Source: an uncultured bacterium (GTDB taxonomy: Bacteria > Verrucomicrobiota > Kiritimatiellia > RFP12 > UBA1067). From it: 47,204 nucleotides of DNA. The position numbers were made by a program, and so were the translations under genes. Under the pieces are notes generated by a model that saw only the letters and a list, made by a program, of their open reading frames with translations, did no database searches and was not told where the DNA came from. Positions 25,466 through 34,543 of this stretch are shown in pieces; within the stretch, counting starts at the first letter, position 1, and the number at the start of each line of letters is the position of its first letter. The stretch lies in the NCBI GenBank assembly GCA_902772905.1, contig CACYCL010000117.1, positions 1 to 47,204 of the forward strand, given 5' to 3'.

Positions 25466-27013
25466 ATGAACCTGAACAGAAGAGTATTCCTATTCGGATC
25501 TGCCGCGGCTGCAACGCTTGCCGGCTGCGCTACACGAAAGATGGGCAAGCGTCCTCTTGCGGCTGGTGAGAAGCGCCGTGTCGCACTCATAGGGTATGGC
25601 ATACAGCAACGCACGGCGCTGCTTCCGCAATTCCTCGGCAAGGCCGGAGCAAAGGGCGCTGAGGAACTTGTCAAGGTGGTTGCGGTGTGCGACTGCGACA
25701 AGGATCGCCGCGAGGCCGGCGCAAAGGCCGTAGACGAGGCATACGGGGAGAGCGGGGTCTGTGCGGCGGTGGCTGACTTCCGAGATGTGCTCGCCGATCC
25801 GACAATAGACGCAGTCTCGATCGCCACGCCTGACCACTGGCATGCGTACATGTGCGTCGAGGCCATGAAGCACGGCAAGGACGTCTACTGCGAGAAGCCG
25901 CTCACTTTTTCGCCGGAAGAGGCCAAGAAGGTCATTGAGGCTCAGGACAAATACGGCAGGGTGTTCCAGACCGGTTCTATGCAGCGCAGCTGGGACATCT
26001 TCCGCACGGCGTGCATGATTGTAAGGAACGGTTGCATCGGCGACGTCAAGTACGTTGACGCGAACTTCGGCATTGCAGGCAAGAAGCTCGGCGGTCCGTC
26101 GCATCCGGTTCGCTTCTTCGATGACCCGAAGAATGCGGCTGCCGAGGGTGCGGAAAACCCGAATGTAGATTGGAACATGTGGCTTGGTCCGGCCAGGTGG
26201 CGTCCTTATTCCGACCAGCTCGCTCCGCGTGGCGTTAACAAGTTCTATCCGATGTTCTGGCGCTTCGATGACGACATCGGCACTGGCTACAACGGCGATT
26301 GGGGTGCGCATCATCTTGACATTGCGCAGTGGGGGCTCGACATGGACAAGTCAGGCCCGTATCGTTGCGAACGCTCCGATGAGCCGTATTCGACAGACCT
26401 TTATCACGGCGGGCGCCGACAGTATGGCGCCAAGCTTTTCTTCAAGAAGGGCGACGACACGATTGAGCTGTATCATGGCCCATTCAGCCAGCTTGGCAAA
26501 GGACATGGCTGGGGAACGGTGTTCTACGGCACGACCGGCATCGTTGCGGTTGCACGCGGAAAGATTGCCGTATGGAAGGGCACTGGTCTCGTCAGGCCTA
26601 CACTTGAGATCCGCAAGGCCCTTGAAGATTGTTCCTATTGTCCGGAGCTGATTGTTGCCTCGACCATCGGCAAGGCTTATGGAACTGATGCTCTGGTGAA
26701 GAAAGATGCTGCGCTTGAGGCTGCAATAGCCAAGCTCAAGGAGTTCTTCCATCTCGACTCCGCTCCTGTTCAGCTCTATAAGAGTCCGAACCAGGTCCTC
26801 AACTTCTGCATGTCGATCGAGTCGCGCGAGCCAACCATATCGCCGGCGCAGGTCGGCGGCCGTGGTGCGGTTCTCTGCCAGTTGCTCAACATGAGCTACG
26901 TTTACGACACAGGCTTTGACTGGGATCCGGAGACGTTCACTTTCGCGAACGGCACTGGCGATCCGGCGTGGCTTAAGCGCGCGAACTACCGCGGCTGGGA
27001 TATAGTGGTCTGA
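25466..27013 (+). CDS. Tat-exported lipoprotein, Gfo/Idh/MocA-family oxidoreductase
   Basis: AAGGAG RBS 9 nt upstream. NRRVFLFGSAAAATLAGC (RR motif plus LAGC lipobox). RVALIGYG, VAVCDCD, ATPDHWHAYMCVEAMKHGKDVYCEKPL. Confidence 0.85.
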   Translation: MNLNRRVFLFGSAAAATLAGCATRKMGKRPLAAGEKRRVALIGYGIQQRTALLPQFLGKAGAKGAEELVKVVAVCDCDKDRREAGAKAVDEAYGESGVCAAVADFRDVLADPTIDAVSIATPDHWHAYMCVEAMKHGKDVYCEKPLTFSPEEAKKVIEAQDKYGRVFQTGSMQRSWDIFRTACMIVRNGCIGDVKYVDANFGIAGKKLGGPSHPVRFFDDPKNAAAEGAENPNVDWNMWLGPARWRPYSDQLAPRGVNKFYPMFWRFDDDIGTGYNGDWGAHHLDIAQWGLDMDKSGPYRCERSDEPYSTDLYHGGRRQYGAKLFFKKGDDTIELYHGPFSQLGKGHGWGTVFYGTTGIVAVARGKIAVWKGTGLVRPTLEIRKALEDCSYCPELIVASTIGKAYGTDALVKKDAALEAAIAKLKEFFHLDSAPVQLYKSPNQVLNFCMSIESREPTISPAQVGGRGAVLCQLLNMSYVYDTGFDWDPETFTFANGTGDPAWLKRANYRGWDIVV

Positions 27014-27023
27014 TGGCGGCTTG

Positions 27024-27473
27024 ATGAAAATGGCTGCAACTCGCAGACAGGCCCGCGAATGGGCTATACAGATGCTGACGGCCGCAGACTTGAACCCGCC
27101 TGACGATGTGCCATCGTTCATGGCGGCGTTCTGGAATCAAGTGTCTGACCTGGACAGCGAGGACGGAGGTCCGCAGGAGGCTCGCGGCAAGCTCAAGGCG
27201 TTCGCCGAGGAGCGTGTCGCAGGCGTCCTCGGGCGTCTTGACGAACTAGATGCGAAGATTTCCTCTCTTCTAGTGGGCTGGACGCTCGACCGTCTTGGTA
27301 CGGTCGAGCGCGCCGTTCTTCGCCTGGGGATATGGGAGATGGCATCGACAGACGTTCCAAAGCCCGTTGTGATAAACGAATGCATAGATCTTGCCAACTG
27401 GTTTTCAAGCCCCAAGACGCGTTCAATAGTCAACGGAGTTCTGGATCGGTATGCGAAGAGCCAGGTAAAGTAG
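27024..27473 (+). CDS. nusB: transcription antitermination factor NusB
   Basis: RRQAREWAIQMLTAADL, VERAVLRLGIWEM, PKPVVINECIDLANWFSSPKTRSIVNGVLDR. ORF-track start 27021 is TTG; ATGs at 27024 and 27030. Confidence 0.9.
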   Translation: MKMAATRRQAREWAIQMLTAADLNPPDDVPSFMAAFWNQVSDLDSEDGGPQEARGKLKAFAEERVAGVLGRLDELDAKISSLLVGWTLDRLGTVERAVLRLGIWEMASTDVPKPVVINECIDLANWFSSPKTRSIVNGVLDRYAKSQVK

Positions 27474-27516
27474 TTTCTTGGTTGGCTGGCCGAATGATGT
27501 TCAAAAGCATTACCAG

Positions 27517-28737
27517 ATGAAGGTATCTGGCTTCTGCAGGATTGCTTGGTGCTTTTTGCGCTGCGCTATTGCGGTAGCCATAGTATGGTGCATTCTTGTC
27601 GAGGTCGCAGAGGCTTTCGCAGGCAGCCTGTTCGGCATGGAGCTTGACGGTGACTGCATTCTCATCGTGTCTGGAAGCTCCATGGACGAATGCGCTGCGT
27701 TTGCGCGATTGTATGCGCTGCCCATAGCGATCGCAGTATCGGTTCTATCCGCTGCTTTTGTCGGAGCGGTGGCCATGGCTGCGTTCTCGTCCCGTCGTGT
27801 TTTTATGACAGTCGTTGGCATCATTTCTGCCTGCATATGCCTGCGCGTTGTTCATGTCGGGTCGTTCCGTGCATGGAAGCCGGCCTATGTCGCGTTCGAT
27901 ATGTTGCGCAGTGCGCATGTCTATCAGAGTGTAGGCGCCGCAGGACGCTGGACCGCAGACCGCGCCGCAAAAGTGCGCAACGCGCCGGAATGCGCCACGA
28001 ATTATGTGTTTGTCATTGGCGAGAGCCTTACAACAATGCGCCTCCCGTTTTTCGGATATGGGAAGAACACGGCTCCAAAACTTTCTGCACTTGGCGGAAG
28101 CCTTGCCAAGATCGGCCCAATACGCGCTCCGTCGCCGTATACAGTTACATCGTTGATGAAGCTTCTTGTCGCAGATGGAGGGTCTGCGCCAGTATGGTTT
28201 CGTCTCGCCGGCTGGCGCACGTGCTTTGTCGGCGCACAAGACAGGTGGGGACGTTATTGTTCTGTCGAATCCGCAATCTTCGCGGCTTGCGAGCGAAAGG
28301 TCTATCTTGGAGAAGTCCACAATGGGGCGCGCGTGTACGATGGTCAGTTGCTGCCAATCGCAGGTGAGATGATGGCCGAGAACGATGGCCGCCCGTTTGC
28401 GCTTTTCATGCACATGATAGGCAGCCATTTCCAGCCCGAAGACCGTGTTCCGCCTGGTTTTGCCGACGATGACGAGTTGGATGGCTATGACAGAAGCGTA
28501 CGATACACTGATGAAGTGCTGGCGAGGCTCATTGCCATGTTGCCGCCTCGCACAGAGCTGTTTTTCATTTCAGACCATGGCGAGAGCGTGGACTCTGAAG
28601 GATGGCGTAACTTCCGGTCCAAGGCGCTTTGGTCCGTGCCGATGTTCGTCTACCCCGCTGAGGCCGCCCCGTCGTCGGCTACATCCGGCGATGACTTTGT
28701 TGCCGTCTGGAAAGATCGCGCCGGGCAATGGCGTTGA
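27517..28737 (+). CDS. membrane phosphoethanolamine-transferase/sulfatase-family protein (EptA-like, short N-terminus)
   Basis: About 4 TM helices, then VFVIGESLTTMRLPFFGYGKNTAPKL, MHMIGSHFQPEDRVPPGF, YDRSVRYTDEVL, FISDHGES. Alternative TTG start at 27478. Confidence 0.8.
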   Translation: MKVSGFCRIAWCFLRCAIAVAIVWCILVEVAEAFAGSLFGMELDGDCILIVSGSSMDECAAFARLYALPIAIAVSVLSAAFVGAVAMAAFSSRRVFMTVVGIISACICLRVVHVGSFRAWKPAYVAFDMLRSAHVYQSVGAAGRWTADRAAKVRNAPECATNYVFVIGESLTTMRLPFFGYGKNTAPKLSALGGSLAKIGPIRAPSPYTVTSLMKLLVADGGSAPVWFRLAGWRTCFVGAQDRWGRYCSVESAIFAACERKVYLGEVHNGARVYDGQLLPIAGEMMAENDGRPFALFMHMIGSHFQPEDRVPPGFADDDELDGYDRSVRYTDEVLARLIAMLPPRTELFFISDHGESVDSEGWRNFRSKALWSVPMFVYPAEAAPSSATSGDDFVAVWKDRAGQWR

Positions 28738-28748
28738 CCGCGATTTTA

Positions 28749-28757
28749 TGGTATAAT
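28749..28757 (+). promoter_or_regulatory. extended -10 promoter TGgTATAAT placed 8 nt before ATG 28766 (leaderless-type geometry)
   Basis: TGGTATAATTC-N5-AATGA is identical in sequence and spacing to the module at 24808-24829. TTGACC at 28734-28739 is only 12 nt upstream, so it is not a usable -35. Confidence 0.55.
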
Positions 28758-28765
28758 TCTCGGCA

Positions 28766-29629
28766 ATGAATCGAATCAATGAGATTCGCGTCCGCATGGT
28801 GCTGTTTGCCATGGCGGTGCTGTCGATGGCGTGGGGCTATCGACTTCTTCTCCTTGACCATGCGCCGACTGTGTTCAATGGCGTTATGGAAGATCTTTCC
28901 TATGGCTGGTATGTTCCGCTGTTTTCGCTCTATGTGCTCTGGCGCGAACGCTGCGAACTGGTGCGTTCGCTGGGCGATCCCTCGCTGGCAGGCCTTGTGC
29001 TGCTTGTGCCGTCGTTTTTCATAGGCTTTCTTGGGGTGCGTGGGAGTCAGATACGTTTCGAGATCCTTGGTGTTGTCGGCATGCTGATTTCTTTGCCTTG
29101 GATATTCTTCGGGCGCGCGACTGCGAAGCGTGTGCTGTTCCCTGCGCTTTTCCTGCTTTTCTGCATGCCGTTGCACTCATTCCTCGATGTCGTCACGATT
29201 CATCTGCGCCAGTTGGCTGTATCGGTGGCGTACGGCGCAATGAAGGGCGTCGGTGTTGATGTCATACGACATGGCACCATGTTGCTTTCGCCATCTGGCA
29301 CTTTCTCGATTGACGTAGCCGAGCCATGCAGTGGCCTTCGCTCGCTTTTTGCAATGGCCGCGCTGACGGCAGGCTATGCGTATTTCACGCAGACTACGTG
29401 GCTGCGACGCGGGTTGCTGTTTGCGCTTGCGCTGCCGATTGCTGTTGCTGGCAATGTGGCGCGTATACTTTCCATAGTGATGATTGCGGCGACGTGTTCG
29501 CCAGACTTCGCTACCGGCTTCTACCACGACTATTCGGGCTATGTGGTGTTTCTGGTCGCGATCGTGCTTATGGTTGCCTGCGGCGAACTTGTAACGAAGG
29601 GGGCGGAGCTATGTGCGCGAAGACGTTGA
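28766..29629 (+). CDS. exosortase (EpsH-family transpeptidase)
   Basis: Multi-TM 287-aa protein. N-terminal DLSYGWYVPLFSLYVLWRER. Catalytic signature AEPCSGLRSLF (Cys), AGNVARI (Arg), HDYSGYVVF (His). Confidence 0.88.
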   Translation: MNRINEIRVRMVLFAMAVLSMAWGYRLLLLDHAPTVFNGVMEDLSYGWYVPLFSLYVLWRERCELVRSLGDPSLAGLVLLVPSFFIGFLGVRGSQIRFEILGVVGMLISLPWIFFGRATAKRVLFPALFLLFCMPLHSFLDVVTIHLRQLAVSVAYGAMKGVGVDVIRHGTMLLSPSGTFSIDVAEPCSGLRSLFAMAALTAGYAYFTQTTWLRRGLLFALALPIAVAGNVARILSIVMIAATCSPDFATGFYHDYSGYVVFLVAIVLMVACGELVTKGAELCARRR

Positions 29630-30204
29630 TACCTCCTGCGGTAGCTGTTCTTGTCGTGGCGGCGATGGCCTGGCAGGGCCGTGAAAGCGAGCCGACGCTT
29701 TGCGAGGCTCCGGCGGTGCGTCTTGTCGAGTTGCCGGGCTATGAGTCCGAAGCGCTCCCTGCTAGCGAGTCCGAACTGCATACACTGCCAGCGGACACGT
29801 CCATAGACAAGCGCAGGTACGAGTCGCCTGACGGTTCGTGGTACGCGGTTACGGTAGTCGTTGGCGGTCGCTCTAAGAGCTCCATTCACAGACCTGAGAT
29901 GTGTCTGCCGTCACAAGGATTCCAGATGATGGATCCGCGCAGGTTGGAGATTGCGGGTGAAGACTGGCACGTGCTTACGGTTGTGCGACGCGACGCGCCT
30001 CCGCTGTCGTTTGCGTATACGTTTCTAAACCAGGAAGGTTTTCGCACCAGTTCACATGTTTCGCGAATCTTTCGCGATGTATGGGATCGCAGCATAAACG
30101 GGCGCATCGACAGATGGGCGATGGTTACGATAACGGGTTGTCCGGCGGACGTGCGACGGCTGGAGGCTTTCGTTGCCAGACTTGAGAAAGATGTCCTGCG
30201 ATGA
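29611..30204 (+). CDS. epsI: EpsI-family exosortase-associated periplasmic protein
   Basis: GAAGGGGGCGGAG RBS. ATG 29611 overlaps the exosortase end by 19 nt. N-terminal anchor MCAKTLIPPAVAVLVVAAMAW. SIHRPEMCLPSQGF matches the EpsI H-x-P-x-x-C-L-P-G-x-G-(W/F) signature. The upstream part of ORF 29326.. is an out-of-frame overlap. Confidence 0.75.
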   Translation: MCAKTLIPPAVAVLVVAAMAWQGRESEPTLCEAPAVRLVELPGYESEALPASESELHTLPADTSIDKRRYESPDGSWYAVTVVVGGRSKSSIHRPEMCLPSQGFQMMDPRRLEIAGEDWHVLTVVRRDAPPLSFAYTFLNQEGFRTSSHVSRIFRDVWDRSINGRIDRWAMVTITGCPADVRRLEAFVARLEKDVLR

Positions 30205-32102
30205 TTGACGACATAATCCCGTATGTCATTGTTTTCGCTTCCACTCTCGTTGCGACGATAGTGCTGACGCCTGCCGTCCGCGTGTTGTGCCGCCGTATGG
30301 GAATGGTGGACATGCCTGATGCGCGAAGGATCAACAAGATTCCGATTCCTCGTGGAGGTGGCCTTGCCCTGGTGCTTGGTACGCTTGTGCCGTATATGGC
30401 ATTTCATCTTGTGACGAAAAGGCCGTTGCTGCAGGGGCTGTCCGATTCGAAGGCCATGATTCTGTCGGCCCTGGCCGTTGCAATGTCACTCGTCGGGCTG
30501 GCGGATGACAAGTGGTCGCTTCGCCCAAAGGTTAAGCTTGCTTTTCAGGTCGGAGTTGCATTTTTCGCTTGGTGGCTTGCAGGACTTGGCTTCAGAAGTC
30601 TGTGGCCGATGTTGCCGGCATGGTTCGATTGCCTGCTCACAGTCTGTTGGATTGTTGGCGCGATAAATGCGTTCAACCTCATAGACGGGCTTGATGGTCT
30701 TGCGGCAGGACTTGCGTTCATCGCGACTGTTGGCATGGCGGGAACGTTGTTTTTCTCGCGCAATCCGCAAGCCACGATGTTTCATGTCGCGTTCGCTGGC
30801 GCGCTTCTAGGCTTCCTGAAATACAATTACAATCCTGCGAGCATATTTCTCGGCGATTGTGGATCGATGTTCATAGGCTTCCTAATAGGTTCGATGCCGC
30901 TTGCCTTGCAGACGTCCAATTCATTTCTCGTTTCCGTCGGTGTTCCGCTGTTGGCCATGGGTGTTCCGATCTTTGATACGGCGCTTGCTATTTTGCGTCG
31001 CCTGCTGCGGCGGCTTCTTGCCATGTTCGGCACAAAGGAAGGCTTGTCGCGCGCTGTGATGACGGCTGATTCTGATCATCTTCACCATCGGATATTGCGC
31101 GCCACGGGGCTTAATCAGCGCAAGACCGCCTGGATACTTTATTTTGCAGCCTCTGCGGCGGTGGCCGTTGGGCTCGCCGCGATGACGCTGGAGTCGCGTT
31201 CGGCCGGCCTTTGGCTTGCGGCGTTCTCCGTTGCGGTTTTTGTTCTTTTCAAGGACTCGAAGATAGAGCTCTTTGATGCAGGACAGCTTTTGAACAAGGT
31301 TGCCCATGCGCAAGACAACAAGGTGCGCAGGCGTCTTGCCGTGCTCTCGGTTCCATTCTACGTGCTGATAGACGTTGTGTTGCTTGCTGTCGTTTTTTGC
31401 CTGTGTTTTTGGGTGCTGAGGCGCGAGATAGACATGCACGTGATGCGCGTTGAGCTGCCAGTGCGTGTGATTTCCGTCTTCTTCTGCCTCGTGTTGCTTC
31501 GTACATACCGCACGATTTGGTCGCGCGCGATGGCGTCTAATTACTTGCGAATGCTTCTGGCGTGCTTCATGGGGTCCGTTGCCAGCTCGGTGTTCGTGTA
31601 TTATTGGCCAACGGTCGAGTCGTTGCAGCTGAAGGCGACTACCTTCATATATGCGGTCGCGTCGTTTGTTGCTCTGCTTGCGGTGCGCTCGGTTCGCGGT
31701 CTCATGCGCGATCTGTTCTACGCAATAGACTGTTCGCGGCTCAAGGGCAACGAAGGCGTCTCGCGCATATTGGTCTATGGCTCAGGGCTAAGGTACCGTG
31801 CATTTCGTCGTGAGCTGGTGCGAACCACGGCGGCGAACAACCGGATGATAGTTGGCCTCATAGACGATGACGTTTTTCTGCGCGGGCGTTACATTGGTGG
31901 CATACGTGTGATGGGCACAATAAACGAGGCAAGGGGAATCATAGAGAAGACGAATGCCGACGCCGTGGTAATAGCCTGCGAATTCCCCGACGAATGGCTT
32001 AAGGTCGTGTGTGATATTCTCAAGCCTACCGGGGTTCGCGTCACGAGGTTTTCGTTCTCAGAGACGGATGTATGTGGCGCATCTACAACAAGGAAGGGGT
32101 GA
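30201..32102 (+). CDS. WecA/MraY-family polyprenyl-phosphate HexNAc-1-phosphate transferase fused to a C-terminal 4-TM plus Rossmann-like module
   Basis: ATGA overlap with epsI. DMPDARRINKIPIPRGGGLA, GLADDKWSL, NAFNLIDGLDGLAAG, NYNPASIFLGDCGSMFIGF, VPIFDTALAILRR. Extra TM helices follow, then ILVYGSGLRYRAFRREL...MIVGLIDDD...GIRVMGTINEA...ADAVVIA, which resembles the N-terminal module of WbaP/EpsB/CapD proteins. Confidence 0.85.
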   Translation: MIDDIIPYVIVFASTLVATIVLTPAVRVLCRRMGMVDMPDARRINKIPIPRGGGLALVLGTLVPYMAFHLVTKRPLLQGLSDSKAMILSALAVAMSLVGLADDKWSLRPKVKLAFQVGVAFFAWWLAGLGFRSLWPMLPAWFDCLLTVCWIVGAINAFNLIDGLDGLAAGLAFIATVGMAGTLFFSRNPQATMFHVAFAGALLGFLKYNYNPASIFLGDCGSMFIGFLIGSMPLALQTSNSFLVSVGVPLLAMGVPIFDTALAILRRLLRRLLAMFGTKEGLSRAVMTADSDHLHHRILRATGLNQRKTAWILYFAASAAVAVGLAAMTLESRSAGLWLAAFSVAVFVLFKDSKIELFDAGQLLNKVAHAQDNKVRRRLAVLSVPFYVLIDVVLLAVVFCLCFWVLRREIDMHVMRVELPVRVISVFFCLVLLRTYRTIWSRAMASNYLRMLLACFMGSVASSVFVYYWPTVESLQLKATTFIYAVASFVALLAVRSVRGLMRDLFYAIDCSRLKGNEGVSRILVYGSGLRYRAFRRELVRTTAANNRMIVGLIDDDVFLRGRYIGGIRVMGTINEARGIIEKTNADAVVIACEFPDEWLKVVCDILKPTGVRVTRFSFSETDVCGASTTRKG

Positions 32103-32105
32103 TCA

Positions 32106-33575
32106 ATGAAGAAGATGAGCAATTTTCGTTGGATAATATGTTCGCTGCTGTTTTTTGCAACGACGGTAAACTACCTTGACAGACAGGTGCTTTCGCTTAC
32201 ATACAAGGACTTCATAGCCCCTGTGTTCGGTTGGTCTGACAATGATTACGGAACGATCACCGCAGTCTTTTCAATCGTTTATGCGCTGTGCAACTTGTTC
32301 GCCGGCAAGTTCATTGACAGACTTGGCACGAGAAAGGGGTATCTATGGGCGATTTTCATTTGGTCCCTTGGCGCGTGTCTGCACGCAGGGTGCGGCGTTG
32401 GCACCTCAGCGCTGAAGACCGCAGGTTTTCTCGGCATGATGGGCGTTACGACGTCGGTGTGGCTTTTCCTCGCCTGTCGTGCCGTTCTCGCGCTTGGCGA
32501 AGCGGGCAACTTCCCTGCCGCCATCAAGGTGACAGCCGAATATTTCCCCAAGAAAGATCGTGCGTTCGCCACGTCTATTTTCAATTCCGGCTCGTCGGTT
32601 GGAGCACTTGCCGCGCCACTTTCGATTCCGCTGATCGCGAAATACTGCGGATGGGAGATGTCGTTCATAATCATTGGCGCGCTGGGGTTTGTCTGGATGG
32701 GCTTTTGGATGTGGCTTTACAAGAAGCCTGGGGAGAACGCCCGTGTCAACGCAGAGGAGCTGGCCTATATCTCGGCGGACGAAGAGACGGCGAAGACTGG
32801 AAAGGAAACTGTGAAGGGTTCTGAAGAACCGAGGATCAGCTATCTAAAGGCGTTTTCGCTTCGTCAGACATGGGCGCTTGTGCTTGGACGGTTCCTTACG
32901 GACGGAGTCTGGTGGTTCTTTCTGTTTTGGACGCCTGGTTACCTCTCCGACCAGTTCGGGTACAAGAGTTCTGACGGCATGGGAATGGCTCTCATATTTA
33001 CGCTTTATGCGATTGTGACGTTTGTGTCCATTTATCTCTGCAAGATTCCGACATACATGGTTGACAGGCGAGGCATGAATGCTTACGAAGGGCGCATGGT
33101 GGCGATGTTTATATTCGCGTGTTTCCCGCTGCTTGCGCTTGGCGCTCAGCCGCTTGGCGCTTTCTCGGCATGGTGGCCTGCAATATTGATTGGTCTTGCG
33201 TGTGCGGGCCATCAGGCTTGGAGCGCGAATGTTTATTCCGTTGTCGGCGACATGTTCCCGAAGTCCACGATTGGAACATTGACTGGCATTGCACAGTTTG
33301 CCGCCGGTTGCGGCAGCTTTTTAGTCAACAAGTGCGCGGGGGCGCTGTTTACATACGCGGCCGGCACCACGATTGTGGATGGAAAGGAAATTGAGATGAC
33401 GAAGGAGCTTCTTGCCGCAGGCGCGCAGTTTGCACGCCCGGCGATGGAGTTCATGGGGTATACCGGCAAGCCCGCCGGCTATCTTGTCGTCTTTGGGTAT
33501 TGCGCCGTCGCTTACATCGTAGGATGGTCGTGCATGAAGGCACTAGTGCCGAGATACAAAAAGGTCGAGCTCTGA
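32106..33575 (+). CDS. MFS transporter, ExuT/ACS (hexuronate-type) family
   Basis: FRWIICSLLFFATTVNYLDRQVLS, LGEAGNFPAAIKVTAEYFPKKDRAFATSIFNSGSSVGA, WEMSFIIIGALGFVWMGFWMWLYKKP. By eye it is collinear with E. coli ExuT. Confidence 0.88.
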   Translation: MKKMSNFRWIICSLLFFATTVNYLDRQVLSLTYKDFIAPVFGWSDNDYGTITAVFSIVYALCNLFAGKFIDRLGTRKGYLWAIFIWSLGACLHAGCGVGTSALKTAGFLGMMGVTTSVWLFLACRAVLALGEAGNFPAAIKVTAEYFPKKDRAFATSIFNSGSSVGALAAPLSIPLIAKYCGWEMSFIIIGALGFVWMGFWMWLYKKPGENARVNAEELAYISADEETAKTGKETVKGSEEPRISYLKAFSLRQTWALVLGRFLTDGVWWFFLFWTPGYLSDQFGYKSSDGMGMALIFTLYAIVTFVSIYLCKIPTYMVDRRGMNAYEGRMVAMFIFACFPLLALGAQPLGAFSAWWPAILIGLACAGHQAWSANVYSVVGDMFPKSTIGTLTGIAQFAAGCGSFLVNKCAGALFTYAAGTTIVDGKEIEMTKELLAAGAQFARPAMEFMGYTGKPAGYLVVFGYCAVAYIVGWSCMKALVPRYKKVEL

Positions 33576-34543
33576 CACGGACTTGCATAGTTGATACGCC
33601 GTATGCGCTTGGGCTCTATCTACTTAAGACCGAGCTTGCTGATTATGCCGAGACGAGGTTCTACGTTGATCAATTCATGCCGTCGGAGATCGTCAGCCGC
33701 CTGCCGAACGCGAAGAGGATGCTTCTGCGACAGGCAGATGGGGTTCTGCCGCGTCTGCGTTCGGACGTCCTTAGGCTCAAGTGTTTCATAGAGCATTTTC
33801 GTGCCGTTCGCCATACGCAGATCTTCGCACAGGACCATATATCCTGCGCATCTAGACTAATTGGCGGTTGCCCGTATACGCTTATCGAAGACGGCCCAGG
33901 GATATATTCGCGCGTAGACAGTCTTTCGGAGCATTGCAGAAAAGTCGGGCGGGGCGTCTTTTCGAGATTGTGGTCAAGGACGGTGCATGGCAAAGTGTTC
34001 GGGCACACCTGTGGGCGTAATCCGCAATGTGTGAGCCGTTGGGTTACGCGACCTGCTGACCTTGCGTCCGCTGCGCTTTCGAACCGCAGAGTCGAGCTTG
34101 TGGATGTTCGCAAGTTGTGGGTTGCCTCATCCCCTGAGAAACAGTCAGCGATAATTCGCGTATTCTGCGGAGGGCGTCGTCCAGATGCTGATGCAGCACA
34201 ATGCGAGACGCTGTTTCTTACTCAACCTCTCATGGAGGACTGTGGACTCACGGAGAAGGAAACGGCTGCCGTGTATGCGCCGTTTGTTGATCGCTATCGC
34301 TCCAGTGGAATGGCAGTGAAGATTCATCCCCGTGACAGATTTTGCTTCACCAGGCATTTCCCGGATGTCAAGTTGGTTGATACCTTGCTTCCGATGCAAT
34401 TGCTCTGTCTTGCAGGCGTGAAAGTGCGCCGCGTAGTTACGGTTTGCTCATCTGCCGCTGATTCTCTGCCGCCGGAAATCGAGGTTGTGCGCATTGGAAC
34501 ATCTGCGAATCCGAAGATGGTTGCAGCTTGGGGGATAAGATAG
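33524..34543 (+). CDS. putative GT52/sialyltransferase-like (CMP-ulosonic-acid-type) glycosyltransferase
   Basis: N-terminal CIVDTPYALGLYLL. D/E-D/E-G motif LIEDGPG (EDG at 33887-33895). HP motif KIHPRD (HP at 34325-34330). Start uncertain (TTG 33500, ATG 33524, GTG 33530); all options overlap the MFS gene end. Confidence 0.5.
   Translation: MVVHEGTSAEIQKGRALTRTCIVDTPYALGLYLLKTELADYAETRFYVDQFMPSEIVSRLPNAKRMLLRQADGVLPRLRSDVLRLKCFIEHFRAVRHTQIFAQDHISCASRLIGGCPYTLIEDGPGIYSRVDSLSEHCRKVGRGVFSRLWSRTVHGKVFGHTCGRNPQCVSRWVTRPADLASAALSNRRVELVDVRKLWVASSPEKQSAIIRVFCGGRRPDADAAQCETLFLTQPLMEDCGLTEKETAAVYAPFVDRYRSSGMAVKIHPRDRFCFTRHFPDVKLVDTLLPMQLLCLAGVKVRRVVTVCSSAADSLPPEIEVVRIGTSANPKMVAAWGIR

Noticed and set aside
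28734-28739. TTGACC as the -35 of the exosortase promoter.
   Set aside because: It lies only 12 nt from the -10 hexamer, where 16-18 nt is required. The promoter is better explained as extended -10 (TGn) dependent.
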